From: an uncultured Gemmatimonadales bacterium
GTDB lineage: Bacteria > Gemmatimonadota > Gemmatimonadetes > Longimicrobiales > Gaopeijiaceae
NCBI GenBank assembly: GCA_963809895.1
Contig: CAWELD010000003.1
Span: 1,792,001 to 1,856,000, forward strand
Direction of reading: 5' to 3'
Length of the DNA stretch: 64,000 nucleotides
A model generated the notes under the pieces. It did no database searches. It was not told the DNA's origin and saw only the letters and a list, made by a program, of their open reading frames with translations. Positions 46,414 to 56,253 of the stretch are shown in pieces; positions within the stretch are counted from its first letter, which is position 1; each line of letters opens with the position of its first letter. The translations under genes were made by a program, and so were the position numbers.

Positions 46414-46911
46414 ATGCCCTCACCCATGGAAGGCGCCCCCGGTCCCTACCTCGCCGACGCGCTGCGCGCCGTGGTCGGCGGCAAGCCCTGGTACGGGCCG
46501 GCGCTGTTGGAGTCCGTGGAGAACCTGGACCCTGAAGCCGCCGCCTCGCGTCCCATCGCCGACGCCCACTCCATCTGGGAACTGGTGCTCCACATCGGCG
46601 CCTGGGCCGAGATCGTCCACGAGCGCGTGAAGGGACAGCCCCCCGCGGTGACGATGGCGCGCAACTTCCCGCCGGTGGACGAGGTGAGCGACGACGCCTG
46701 GTCCCGCGCCATCGAGGAGATGGTGGCGCAGATCCACGCCCTGGCAGACACCGTCGCCGCCCTGGACGCCGCCCAGCTCTGGCAGGAGCGCCCGGAGCTC
46801 AAGCGCATCCCCGGCGAGCAGGTCCAGGGCGTGGTGGAGCACGCCGCGTATCACGCGGGTCAGATCAACCTGCTGCGGCGGGCGCTGGGCATCGCGCCGC
46901 CGCCGAGCTGA
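46414..46911 (+). CDS. DinB family protein
   Basis: PWYGP, HSIWELVLHI, VVEHAAYHAGQI; AGGAG SD. Confidence 0.9.
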   Translation: MPSPMEGAPGPYLADALRAVVGGKPWYGPALLESVENLDPEAAASRPIADAHSIWELVLHIGAWAEIVHERVKGQPPAVTMARNFPPVDEVSDDAWSRAIEEMVAQIHALADTVAALDAAQLWQERPELKRIPGEQVQGVVEHAAYHAGQINLLRRALGIAPPPS

Positions 46912-46926
46912 GGGGGGCTCCCTACC

Positions 46927-47460
46927 CTACCGCTTTCGCAGCACCACCGGCTCGGTGTCCTCGCCCAGCTCGCGGGCCAGGTCGCGGAGGTAGGCGTCCA
47001 TGGTGGCGGTGGGTGGGAAGGCGATCCGGCTCATGATGCGGAAGACGGGATTGCGGACGAAGCCCTCCTCGGTGATGGTCACGCGGGTGCCGCCCACCGT
47101 GGGCTCCAGCTCCCAGGTCCAGGTGCCGCCGAAGGGCATTCCGTCGTCGATGACGCGCACCACCTGCCGGGACGGAGCCTCCTGCGCCATGACCTCGAAC
47201 GGCGTGCGGCCCTGCTTGGCCACCTCGACGAAGCGCATCCGGCCTTCGACGGGATCCCCCATCTCGAGACCCGCGACGGCCGCCCGCCAGCGCGGCGTGT
47301 CCGCGAAATCGGAGACCAGGGCCCACACGGCGTCGACGCCGGCGCGCACCTCGAGGGTCATGCGCGCCACGTGGTCCCGGGGCAGGAGGCCGCCGACCAG
47401 CCACAGCACCAGCACGAGGCCCACGAGGCCGGCGACGGCCCCCAGCGCCCACCGGATCAT
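46927..47460 (-). CDS. SRPBCC (polyketide cyclase-like) protein with an N-terminal TM
   Basis: LPRDHVA…VWALVSD…WR…PFGGTWTWEL…GTRVTITEEG…NPVFR. Confidence 0.87.
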   Translation of the reverse strand: MIRWALGAVAGLVGLVLVLWLVGGLLPRDHVARMTLEVRAGVDAVWALVSDFADTPRWRAAVAGLEMGDPVEGRMRFVEVAKQGRTPFEVMAQEAPSRQVVRVIDDGMPFGGTWTWELEPTVGGTRVTITEEGFVRNPVFRIMSRIAFPPTATMDAYLRDLARELGEDTEPVVLRKR

Positions 47461-47936
47461 GCGTCGTCCTCGTCCCATCGGGTCCCCTCCCTCGCGTTGA
47501 GCTCGGCGGCCGCCTGGGCCAGGAGCGTGATTCCCTCCACCGCCCGCGCCCGCTCCTCGGGTGCGAGCAGGGCCAGCATGCGCTTCACCAGCTCCTCGTC
47601 CAGAACCGTGGCGTCTCGCATGGCCTCCGCACCCTCCTCGGAGAGGAAGAGATCGACGCGCCGCGCATCCTCTTCGGAGCGTCTCCGCTCGAGGTAGCCC
47701 AGCCGCTCGAGCCGCTTCACCGCCTCGGACACGGTGGACGCCCCCACGGCCATGTGCTCGGCGAGGCGCGCGGGACTGACCGGGCGCTCGCGCTCCAGGT
47801 GGCCCAGGATCCACGCGTCGCGCGCGGAGACCCCGTCGGGCCCGGTGCGAGTGCGCGGGTGGCGGCGGTGGCAGGCGTGATAGATCCGCGGGTAGGCGGC
47901 GAGCACGGCGAGGACGGGATCGGTTTTCATGCGCAT
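47457..47936 (-). CDS. MarR family transcriptional regulator
   Basis: LAEHMAVGASTVSEAVKRLERLGYLERRRSEEDARRVDLFLSEEG. Confidence 0.9.
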   Translation of the reverse strand: MRMKTDPVLAVLAAYPRIYHACHRRHPRTRTGPDGVSARDAWILGHLERERPVSPARLAEHMAVGASTVSEAVKRLERLGYLERRRSEEDARRVDLFLSEEGAEAMRDATVLDEELVKRMLALLAPEERARAVEGITLLAQAAAELNAREGTRWDEDDA

Positions 47937-48055
47937 ACACTACATCCTCCACCTGATTCTTCGTCAAATCGAACGACCTGCGAGAAGGGCGCCGCACGAG
48001 CGAAGCGTCGCCTCGTGTCCTATCTTGATGGCCACCATCAATCGAGCGTCCACCC

Positions 48056-51000
48056 GTGTCCATGATCGCCATGCACCGCATACCGACGGCGCGCACGCGC
48101 CCTGTTCACCGCCCTGCCTTCCTCGCCGCGTCACTCCTCGTCCTGGCGGCCGCATCGCCGCTCGCCGCTGCCCAGGTCCGCGGCCCGTCCGCCGGCGACC
48201 CGGCGACGGCACCGGAGACGGCGCTGCCCCGCGCCGACTCCGCCAAGAAGGTGCTGACGCCCGAAGACTACTCCCGCTGGCGCACCATCTCCGACGAGAG
48301 CATCTCCAGCGACGGCAAGTGGGCGACCTACGTCTACCGGTTCACCAACGTGGCGCAGCGGGACGAGAAGCCCGAGCTGCACATCCGCAACCTCGACAGC
48401 GGCGAGGACGTCGCCATCGCCAACGCCTCGGGTGGCGAGTTCTCGCCCGACGGCCGCTGGCTCGCGTATCAGGTGGACTCCATGCCGGCCCGGAACGGGC
48501 GGAGCCGTGGGGGCGACGAAGGCGAGGGCGGGGGATCCGGGGGAGGGCGCAACGGCGGCTCCACGACGCTCCACCGGGTGGAGCTCCGGGAGCTGGCCAC
48601 CGGCCGAACCCAGGTGTGGCACAACATGCGGTCCGTGACCTTCAACCAGGCCTCGACCTTCGCGCTGGTGCGGGATCGCGCCTCGGGAGGCGGCGGACGG
48701 GGCTTCGGGGGCGGCGGCTTCGGGGGAGCCCGCGGCGGTGGTGGCGGAGCCAACGGCGGCGGCTCGGACGCCATCCTCTACGACCTGGGCAGCGGCCGCA
48801 GCCAGCTCCTGGGCAGCGTGGGCGACGCCGAGTTCGACCGCGCGGGCCACATGCTGGCCTACACCGTGGACGCCGACGTGAAGGACGCCAACGGGCTGTT
48901 CGTGGTGGACCTGGCCACCGGCGCCACGCAGGCGCTGGACAACGAGGCGCGCTCCTATGCCCAGATGGCGTGGAACGACGCCGGCACCGGGATCGCGGTG
49001 CTCAAGGGCCAGGACGTGGACAAGATGCGGGAGAAGGACAACGTGCTGCTGGTGGTGCCCGACGTGCGGGCGGCGCTGGCCAACCCGAAGCTCGCGGGGG
49101 TGACGCTGGACACGACCGCCACGGGTTTTCCGGAGGGATGGGTGATCAGCGAGCGCGCACCGCTGAGCTGGAGTGAGGACGGCAGCCTGGTATTCCTGGG
49201 CGCCATGCCCCAGACGCCGGCGTCGGACACCGTGCGGGTGGAAAGCTCCGACACCACCACCGACGTGGACGTGTGGAGCACGGCCGATCGCTACATCCAG
49301 TCGGTGCAGATGGGCCGGGCACAGCGCGACCGGAACTTCACCTACCGCGAGGCCTTCGCCGTGGGCAGCCGATCCTACGTGGCGCTCAGCGACTCGACCA
49401 TGCGCGATCTGCAGATCTCGCCCGACGGCCGCTGGGCCGTGGGTCAGGACGAGCGCGCCTACGTCTCGGACTGGAAGCCGTCCCGGGCCGACTTCTACCG
49501 GGTGAACACGGCCACCGGCGAGCGCACGCCCATGTTCCAGGGTGAGCTCACGGGCCGGTCCGCCATGGGATTCTCGCCCGACGGCAAGAGCTACCTGTTC
49601 TGGAAGGACGACACCTTCCAGGCCTACGACCTGGCCTCGGGAACCATGAAGGTGCTGGGCAGCGATGCGCCGGCCTTCGTGGACACCACCTACGACCATC
49701 CCGGCCCGACGCCGCCGTGGGGCGTGGCCGGCTATACCTCCGACGGCCGCCGCCTCATCGTCGAGGATCGCTACGACCTGTGGACGCTGCCCCTGGACGG
49801 AAGCGCCGGCGCGCGCAACATCACCGACGGCTTCGGGCTGGAGAACCGAATCCAGCTCCGCATGGTCCGGCCCGAGCCCATCGATCCCCTGGCGAGCCGG
49901 CGCGTGCGCACCGGTGACCAGTACGATCTGTCGAAGCCCGTGACACTGTCGGCCTTCGGCGAGCTCACCAAGAAGGCGGGCTTCTACCGCCTGTCGGGCG
50001 GAACGCTCGACGAGGTGCTCTACGACGACGCCATGTACGACACCCCGGAGAAAGCGGCCCACGCCGACCGCTTCCTCTTCACGCGCCAGACCTTCACGGA
50101 ATCCCCCGATCTGCGTGTGTCGGGTGCCGACTTCAGCGACGCCGAGAAGATCACGGACTCCAATCCCCAGCAATCCGAATACCGCTGGGGCCACAGCGAG
50201 CTCTTCGACTTCAGCGACCGCTACGGGCACCCGCTCCAGGGCCTGCTCTGGTTCCCCGACGACTACCAGCAAGGCGAGAAGCGGCCGATGCTGGTGACGT
50301 TCTACGAGAAGAATTCGCAGATCCTGAATCGCTACCCCATGCCCGAGCTGCTGGTGAGCGTCGGGCGCCCGGCCATCGAGGCGGTGAGCAAGGGCTACAT
50401 CGTCATGATTCCCGACATCTATTACAACACCGGGGAATCCCACGACGACCAGTTGGACGGGGTGGAGTCGGCCACCCGCAAGATCATCGACATGGGCTAC
50501 GCCGACCCCGATCACATCGGGCTCCACGGCCACAGCTACGGCGGTGAGGGCGCGGCGTACATCGGCACGAAGTCGCGGCTGTTCGCGGCCGTGGCCGAGG
50601 GCGCCGGCGTCACCGACCTCTACACCGACTTCAGCCAGGAGTGGGGCTGGTCGTACCAGAACAGCGGCGGCTCGGGCGCCAACGGCAACCAGTACTACGT
50701 CTACGGCCAGGGCCGCTGGGGCGCGTCACCGTGGGAGATCCCCGACGTCTACCACGACGAGTCCGCGCTCAACCACGCCGACGAGGTCACGCAGCCCATC
50801 CTCATCATGCACGGCACGGCCGATCCCACGGTGTCGTTCAACGAGAGCCTCAAGTTCTTCAACGCGCTGCGCTTCAACGAGAAGACGGCGTGGCTGCTGG
50901 CGTATCCCGGCGAGGGCCACCACCTGAGCAAGCTCGGCAACCGCACCGACTTCACCATCCGCTTCTTCCAGTTCTTCGACCACTACCTGAAGGGCGCGCC

Positions 51001-51109
51001 GGAGCCGGCGTGGATGACCGAAGGGATCCCCTTCATCAAGAAGGCGACGCTCATCGCTCCGCAGGGGAGTTCGGACCAGGGCGAAGAGCCGGGCGGGGGC
51101 GAGCGGTAG
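48056..51109 (+). CDS. S9 (prolyl oligopeptidase/acylaminoacyl peptidase) family secreted peptidase; exact start among 48056/48062/48071
   Basis: Signal peptide; beta-propeller SPDG repeats; GHSYGG, HGTADPTV, GEGHH triad. Confidence 0.93.
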   Translation: MSMIAMHRIPTARTRPVHRPAFLAASLLVLAAASPLAAAQVRGPSAGDPATAPETALPRADSAKKVLTPEDYSRWRTISDESISSDGKWATYVYRFTNVAQRDEKPELHIRNLDSGEDVAIANASGGEFSPDGRWLAYQVDSMPARNGRSRGGDEGEGGGSGGGRNGGSTTLHRVELRELATGRTQVWHNMRSVTFNQASTFALVRDRASGGGGRGFGGGGFGGARGGGGGANGGGSDAILYDLGSGRSQLLGSVGDAEFDRAGHMLAYTVDADVKDANGLFVVDLATGATQALDNEARSYAQMAWNDAGTGIAVLKGQDVDKMREKDNVLLVVPDVRAALANPKLAGVTLDTTATGFPEGWVISERAPLSWSEDGSLVFLGAMPQTPASDTVRVESSDTTTDVDVWSTADRYIQSVQMGRAQRDRNFTYREAFAVGSRSYVALSDSTMRDLQISPDGRWAVGQDERAYVSDWKPSRADFYRVNTATGERTPMFQGELTGRSAMGFSPDGKSYLFWKDDTFQAYDLASGTMKVLGSDAPAFVDTTYDHPGPTPPWGVAGYTSDGRRLIVEDRYDLWTLPLDGSAGARNITDGFGLENRIQLRMVRPEPIDPLASRRVRTGDQYDLSKPVTLSAFGELTKKAGFYRLSGGTLDEVLYDDAMYDTPEKAAHADRFLFTRQTFTESPDLRVSGADFSDAEKITDSNPQQSEYRWGHSELFDFSDRYGHPLQGLLWFPDDYQQGEKRPMLVTFYEKNSQILNRYPMPELLVSVGRPAIEAVSKGYIVMIPDIYYNTGESHDDQLDGVESATRKIIDMGYADPDHIGLHGHSYGGEGAAYIGTKSRLFAAVAEGAGVTDLYTDFSQEWGWSYQNSGGSGANGNQYYVYGQGRWGASPWEIPDVYHDESALNHADEVTQPILIMHGTADPTVSFNESLKFFNALRFNEKTAWLLAYPGEGHHLSKLGNRTDFTIRFFQFFDHYLKGAPEPAWMTEGIPFIKKATLIAPQGSSDQGEEPGGGER

Positions 51110-51142
51110 CGCGGAGGGTCAGGAGTCGCGGGGTCCACATCC

Positions 51143-51204
51143 TTGACACCACCGTAGCCGTGGGGTATGCTCGCTGTGATCATATAATCATTCCGATCAT
51201 ATGA
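51143..51204 (+). promoter_or_regulatory. Sigma70 promoter and downstream palindromic operator of padR
   Basis: TTGACA-N17-TATGCT (51143-51171); TCATATAATC-ATTCC-GATCATATGA (51180-51204). Confidence 0.75.
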
Positions 51205-51218
51205 CAGGTCCGGTGCGC

Positions 51219-51608
51219 ATGTCCTCGTCCAATGATTCTCCCCCGGTGGAATTCCACCTCCCCCTGAAGCCCAAGGACTACCATCTGTTGGCCGCTCTGT
51301 GCACCGGCCCCCTCCACGGCTACGGGCTCGTGAAGGCGCTGGAGGAGCAGACGGACGGACTCATTTCGCTGGCTCCGGGCAACCTGTACCGGGTCGTGCG
51401 GCGGTTGGAGCGGGACGGCCTGGTGGAAGCGGCGCCCGATGCGGAGCGTCCCGAGGTCGAGCCGGCTCATGAGCGCGAGGAACAGAGGATCTACTACCGC
51501 GTGACTCCGTTGGGACGGCGCGTCGTCGCGGCCGAGACCGAGCGGATGCGGGCGCTGGTGCGGCAAGCAGACTCGCTGGGCCTTTCCGCGCGGTCTGGAA
51601 GCGGGTGA
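51219..51608 (+). CDS. PadR family regulator (start 51201 or 51219)
   Basis: HLPLKPKDYHLL…HGYGLV…GNLYRVVRRL…RIYYRVTPLG. Confidence 0.9.
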   Translation: MSSSNDSPPVEFHLPLKPKDYHLLAALCTGPLHGYGLVKALEEQTDGLISLAPGNLYRVVRRLERDGLVEAAPDAERPEVEPAHEREEQRIYYRVTPLGRRVVAAETERMRALVRQADSLGLSARSGSG

Positions 51609-51649
51609 GGCGGCAGCACCGTGGAATCCGGGATGCGGCGGAAGGCGCC

Positions 51650-54353
51650 ATGATGGGCGAAGGCTTCTATCGCCGGCTTCTCGTCCTGTGGCCCCGCAGC
51701 TTCCGGCGACGCTACGGGAACGAGGCCGTCGAGATCTTCCGGCAACGGATGGACGAAGCTCGGCGGCGCGGCACCTTCACCCGAATCCGGGCGTGGAGCG
51801 TGCTCCTCTTCGACGTGCTGGCCACGGCCGTGAGCGCCCGTCTGGAGAGGAGCGCGCGGCCGAGTCGGGGCTATCGTGCCGGCGCCCCCCTGGCCGTCCT
51901 CCAGGATGTCCGACTCTCGCTGCGCGGAATGCGACGCCGACCGGGGCTCGCAATGGTGCTCATCCTCACGCTCGCCTTCGGGATCGCCGGGAGCACCACG
52001 GTCTTCGCACTCGCCGAGTGGATGCTCCTGCGGCCGGTGCCCGGAGTTCGGGATCCCGCTCGGCTGGTACGCGTCGGCGTAGGCCCGGCGAACGACGCGC
52101 GCATCGAAGGCATCCCGGTGTCGTATCCCCTTTCCGACCCGGACTTCACCGACCTTCGACGAGGCGCTCACACCCTCGCGGGGCTGGCCGGCTTCTTCAC
52201 CGAAGAGGCCAACGTCTCCACCACCACCTCCCTGCCCCGACGGGTGTCGGCGGCCGTTGTAACCGCGAACTACTTCGACGTGCTCGGCGTGACACCGGCG
52301 CGGGGTCGGACCTTCGTGGCTGCGGATGGCCGCACCGGACGAGGTGGACGCGGTGGTCCTGCTGGCGCCTGACCTCGCCGCGGCGATGTTTCCGAGTGCC
52401 GATCCGGTGGGCCGAAGGATCCTGGTGAACGGCCGACCCTTCACCGTGGTGGGGGTCACGCCGGACGGCTTTCACGGCCACGACCTGCCGGGCGAGACAC
52501 GCATGTGGCTGCCTCCGTCCGCCACCCGCGTGCTGGCGCCGTACGTTCCTTCGCGATGGCCCGACCTGCGGGAGCAGATGCTCTGGCAGGTCGTGGGCCG
52601 CCTCGCGCCTGGAGCCGACGTGGCGGGAGCCGCCCTCGATCTCTCCACGGTGGCCCGTCGCATCGCCGAGGCACATCCGGGCGAGACGATGTTCGGGGAC
52701 CGTCAGGTGCCTACGGTCTCCGGTGGTGTCGGCGCGTCCCCGGCGCTCGAGGCGCGGTTGAGCCGGGCGCTCGGGCGATTGGGGATCGGGGCGTTGATCC
52801 TGCTGCTCCTCGCGGTGGCCAACGCAGGAGGCCTGCTGGTGGCGCGGGCCGCGATGCGAGAGCGGGACGTCGTCATTCGGCGAGCTCTCGGCGCCAGCCG
52901 CGGAGCAATCGTCCAACGCACGGTGATCGAATCACTGTTGGTGGCCGGCCTGGCCGGAGCCGTCGCGCTGGCGCTGACCAAGCTCGCGCTCGTCGGGATC
53001 GAGGGATTGCGGCTGCTCCAGTTCGGCGCGGCCGTGGAAGGCGCACGGCTCGACGCACGTGTGGCACTCTTTGCCGCAGTGGTGTCGGCGGCCGCCGGGC
53101 TGCTGACCGCCGTCGCGCCGTCCATGTTGGCGGCTCGCGAACGGGACCTGAGCCAGACGCGCGCGGGGGCTCCCCGCCAAGGGCTGCGCCGCGGGCTGGT
53201 GATCGTCCAGGTGGCGCTGTCGGTGGGGCTCTCGGTCGGAGCGGCCCTCATGGGCCGGACCGTGACGAAACTGAGTGCGGTGGACCCCGGCGTGAACATC
53301 GACGACGTGCTGTCCTTCCGAGTGGCGCCGGGGCTGCAACAGGACTGGGCCCCCGATGGCGAACAGTTCTTCCTGGCCCAGGTCCACTCGGCACTCGCCA
53401 CGCTACCCGGCGCACGCGCCGTCGCGTTCTCCTGGCCCGCGCCCTTTGCACTGCAGTTCGCCCGGGCCACCGTCCGCCGACCGGACGAGCCCTGGGACAA
53501 TGCGGTGCAGGTTCGCAGCTTTCGTGTCTCGCCGGATTTCTTCGAGACTGTGGAGTTGGGCAGCAGGCAGGGACCGCTACCCTCCACGAGCTCCTCCGAA
53601 GGCGATGCCTCCGGGGAACCCGGCATCGTCGTCTCCCGTCGGATGGCGAGGCTGCTGTTCCCCGACGAGGACCCCCTGGGCCGGGCGGTGGAGCTTCGGG
53701 GCGTCCGTGGTGAACGCCGGGTGGCCGCGGTGGTGGAGGACATGCGGGTAGGGAGCCCAAGGGACGCCCCGGCTCCGATCCTGTTCGAGCCGCTCGGGCA
53801 GCGGAGGGCCACCGGCGACTACACGGTCCTCGTGCGTACGACCGGCGATCCGAAGGCGCTGGTGCCGGCGATTCGCCGAACGCTCCGGGAGGTCGCCCCG
53901 GCCCTCCCGATGTTCGACGTGCAGACACTCCGGGAGCGGGTCCGCCGCACCATTGCGGAGGAACGGACGCTGGCCGGTGTGGGCGCGGCCCTGGCAGCCC
54001 TCGGCGTATTGATGACCGGCCTGGCGATCTTCGGCATCCTGGAGTGGGCGGTGGCGACACGGGAACGGGAGATCGGGGTCCGCATGGCGCTCGGTGCGCA
54101 AGCCCGGCGAGTCGTCGGACATGTCGCCGCGCAGGCGCTGGCGATGATCGGTGTCGGAGCGATCGTTGGCCTGCCTCTGGCGTGGGTCCTGGCGAGAGCC
54201 CTGCGATCCCAACTCTTCGACGTGACCCCCTGGGATCCCATCGCCTGGTGCGGAAGCGCCGTCGTGCTCCTTGCCGTCGCCGCGCTCGCTGCCGTTCGCC
54301 CGGCCCACCGCGCCACGCGAGCGGACCCCGCCGAGGCGTTACGCGCGGAGTAG
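51650..54353 (+). CDS. ADOP-family permease; split by a +1 frameshift at ~52328-52331
   Basis: YRRLLVLWPRSFRRRYG prefix, LTLAFGIAGSTTVF and NYFDVLGV in frame 1; VVGVTPDGF…REIGVRMALGA…RADPAEALRAE in frame 2. Confidence 0.9.
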
Positions 54354-54438
54354 TCGGAGCCCCGGCCCACGCCCCATCGCCGGCGCGTGGTGCTCTGAGT
54401 CTGACCTCATCGCACGTGCCCCGTATGGATGCTGTTCA

Positions 54439-55608
54439 TCAGCCCCCCGACAACGTATCCCCCAGCTCGGTGGCCGAGCTCCGATACGGCTGGAAGGTCC
54501 GGCCCCAGTCCACACCCACGACCTCCATCCAGACCGAGGGGCCGTCGACGTGGACGATCACGTAGTGGTACGGGTTGCCGCCGGGCTCCAGCCCGGGCTT
54601 GACCAGGTGGCTGACCCGGACCTGGGCGTCGCGGTTCTCGGCCTGGTACTGCCGCAGGTCGGGCTCGCCGACGTACCAGTACAGGGGCGCGCCGCCCCCG
54701 CCGGTCACGATCTGGTCGATGCGCCGCGCCGTGCCGTCGGGGTCCCGGTAGCGCTCGACCCAGTGCTCGAAGAGGTGCTCGTGGCCGGCGAAGAGCATCT
54801 CCACGTGGTAGCGCCGGAAGAGGGGCATCCACAGATCGCGCACGCCCTGCGCCTGGGCTTCGGTCCGGGGCCCGCCGTGGGGACCCGACGAGAACGCGGG
54901 ATGATGGAAGAAGGCCACGACGTGCTGGTAGCGGTCGCGGTCCAGCCCCTGGAGCTGCGCCTCGGCCCACGCGAGCTGCGTGGAGTCGCGCGGGATGTTG
55001 GAGTCCAGCGCCAGGAAGAAGGTGTTGCCGTAGCCGAAGGAGTAGACGGGGTAGCCGTCCAGCCGTCGCGGAGATCCCTCGGGCGGAATGAGGTTCGAGA
55101 CCGCGGACAGGAAATTCGTGAGCCCGGCGTCGCGGCCCGACGCCGGCAGGTCGTGGTTGCCGGGAGCGAGGAAGTACGGCACGTCACCCTCGGTGGTGAG
55201 CTCATCGATGAGAGGCACGAAGCTGACGTTCCATTCCTGCGCCTGGCGGCCGTCCACCACGGCGTCGCCGCTCTGGAGCACGAAGCGGATGGGATCCGGG
55301 CCCGACTTCATGGCGTCGATGTGCTCGAGCATGGACTGCACGATGAGCCAGTGCTCGTACTGGATGGCCGAGCCGTCGCGCCGGCCCCGCGTGTCGCCGT
55401 AGACCAGGAACGAGAAGCGCGAGTCCCCGGCGCTGGCGGCCTCGGAGGGGAGCGGCGTGGGCGGCGCCAGGATGGGCGTGACCACCGAGTCGGGGCGCGC
55501 CTGGGCAGGCACCTGAGCGCGGACGGACGTGGTCGTCGTGAGCAGCGCCGCACCGGCGACGCACAACACCAGCGACAGGGGATGGGATGTCGCCTTCCAT
55601 GTCCTCAT
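54439..55608 (-). CDS. Secreted calcineurin-like metallophosphoesterase
   Basis: YGDTR, SGDAV, GNHD, FHH, GHEH, TGGGGAP; signal peptide. Confidence 0.92.
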   Translation of the reverse strand: MRTWKATSHPLSLVLCVAGAALLTTTTSVRAQVPAQARPDSVVTPILAPPTPLPSEAASAGDSRFSFLVYGDTRGRRDGSAIQYEHWLIVQSMLEHIDAMKSGPDPIRFVLQSGDAVVDGRQAQEWNVSFVPLIDELTTEGDVPYFLAPGNHDLPASGRDAGLTNFLSAVSNLIPPEGSPRRLDGYPVYSFGYGNTFFLALDSNIPRDSTQLAWAEAQLQGLDRDRYQHVVAFFHHPAFSSGPHGGPRTEAQAQGVRDLWMPLFRRYHVEMLFAGHEHLFEHWVERYRDPDGTARRIDQIVTGGGGAPLYWYVGEPDLRQYQAENRDAQVRVSHLVKPGLEPGGNPYHYVIVHVDGPSVWMEVVGVDWGRTFQPYRSSATELGDTLSGG

Positions 55609-55838
55609 TCGTGCTTCTCGCGTCCGGGAGGGTGGAGCGGGCCGTGGCGGGCCCGAGAGCGTCCAGCCTAATGAATCACGCCCCCTACGTCGAATCGCGG
55701 GCCTTCGCACGTAGCCCCGCGTCGCCGCCACTCCAGGTGAGGTTGCCGGTGGGCTGAGGCCGCCCACGCCCCGGGCTCCCGGCCCGGCCCCTGGACCCGA
55801 ACGCTACGAGAGCGTCGGGCCCAGGAGCCTGCTTGGCC

Positions 55839-56183
55839 TCAATCCTCGCACGACTTGTCCTCGTTGGTGTTGGAGGCCTGCGCGATCATGAGCTCGCAGC
55901 CCTCTCCGGGCTGGCGCCAGACATCGTAGTCGGCGTTTTCCGGGAAGCAGATCTCGCCGGCCGACTCCCACGGCGGTTTTGGAGCGGGCAGCGGTAGGGG
56001 CTGCGTTTGCGAGATGACCACGCTGGTTCCGGACCGGCACCAGACCGTCACCTGGCCGGCGGGCACCCGGTGGCGCCCCTGATAATTCCAGTTTCGCTGG
56101 GCCACCTCGAAATCCATGCAGTCGGGGGTGTGGCTTCCGACCTCACAGACCCAGATCCCGTTTCCGCAGCTTACACAAGCCAT
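55839..56183 (-). CDS. Small Cys-rich hypothetical protein (114 aa, 8 Cys)
   Basis: AGGAGAG SD; non-shadow composition; downstream hairpin at 55790-55825. Confidence 0.75.
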   Translation of the reverse strand: MACVSCGNGIWVCEVGSHTPDCMDFEVAQRNWNYQGRHRVPAGQVTVWCRSGTSVVISQTQPLPLPAPKPPWESAGEICFPENADYDVWRQPGEGCELMIAQASNTNEDKSCED

Positions 56184-56253
56184 CGGACTCTCCTGAAAGG
56201 GTTCACGAATGTCCTCCCCGGCGGGAGGTACAGGACGGAGGACGACGAGGGAT

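Noticed and set aside
48680..48765. GGC-rich tract in the S9 peptidase as a DNA repeat
   Set aside because: It encodes a Gly/Arg-rich linker within the ORF; not a separate element.
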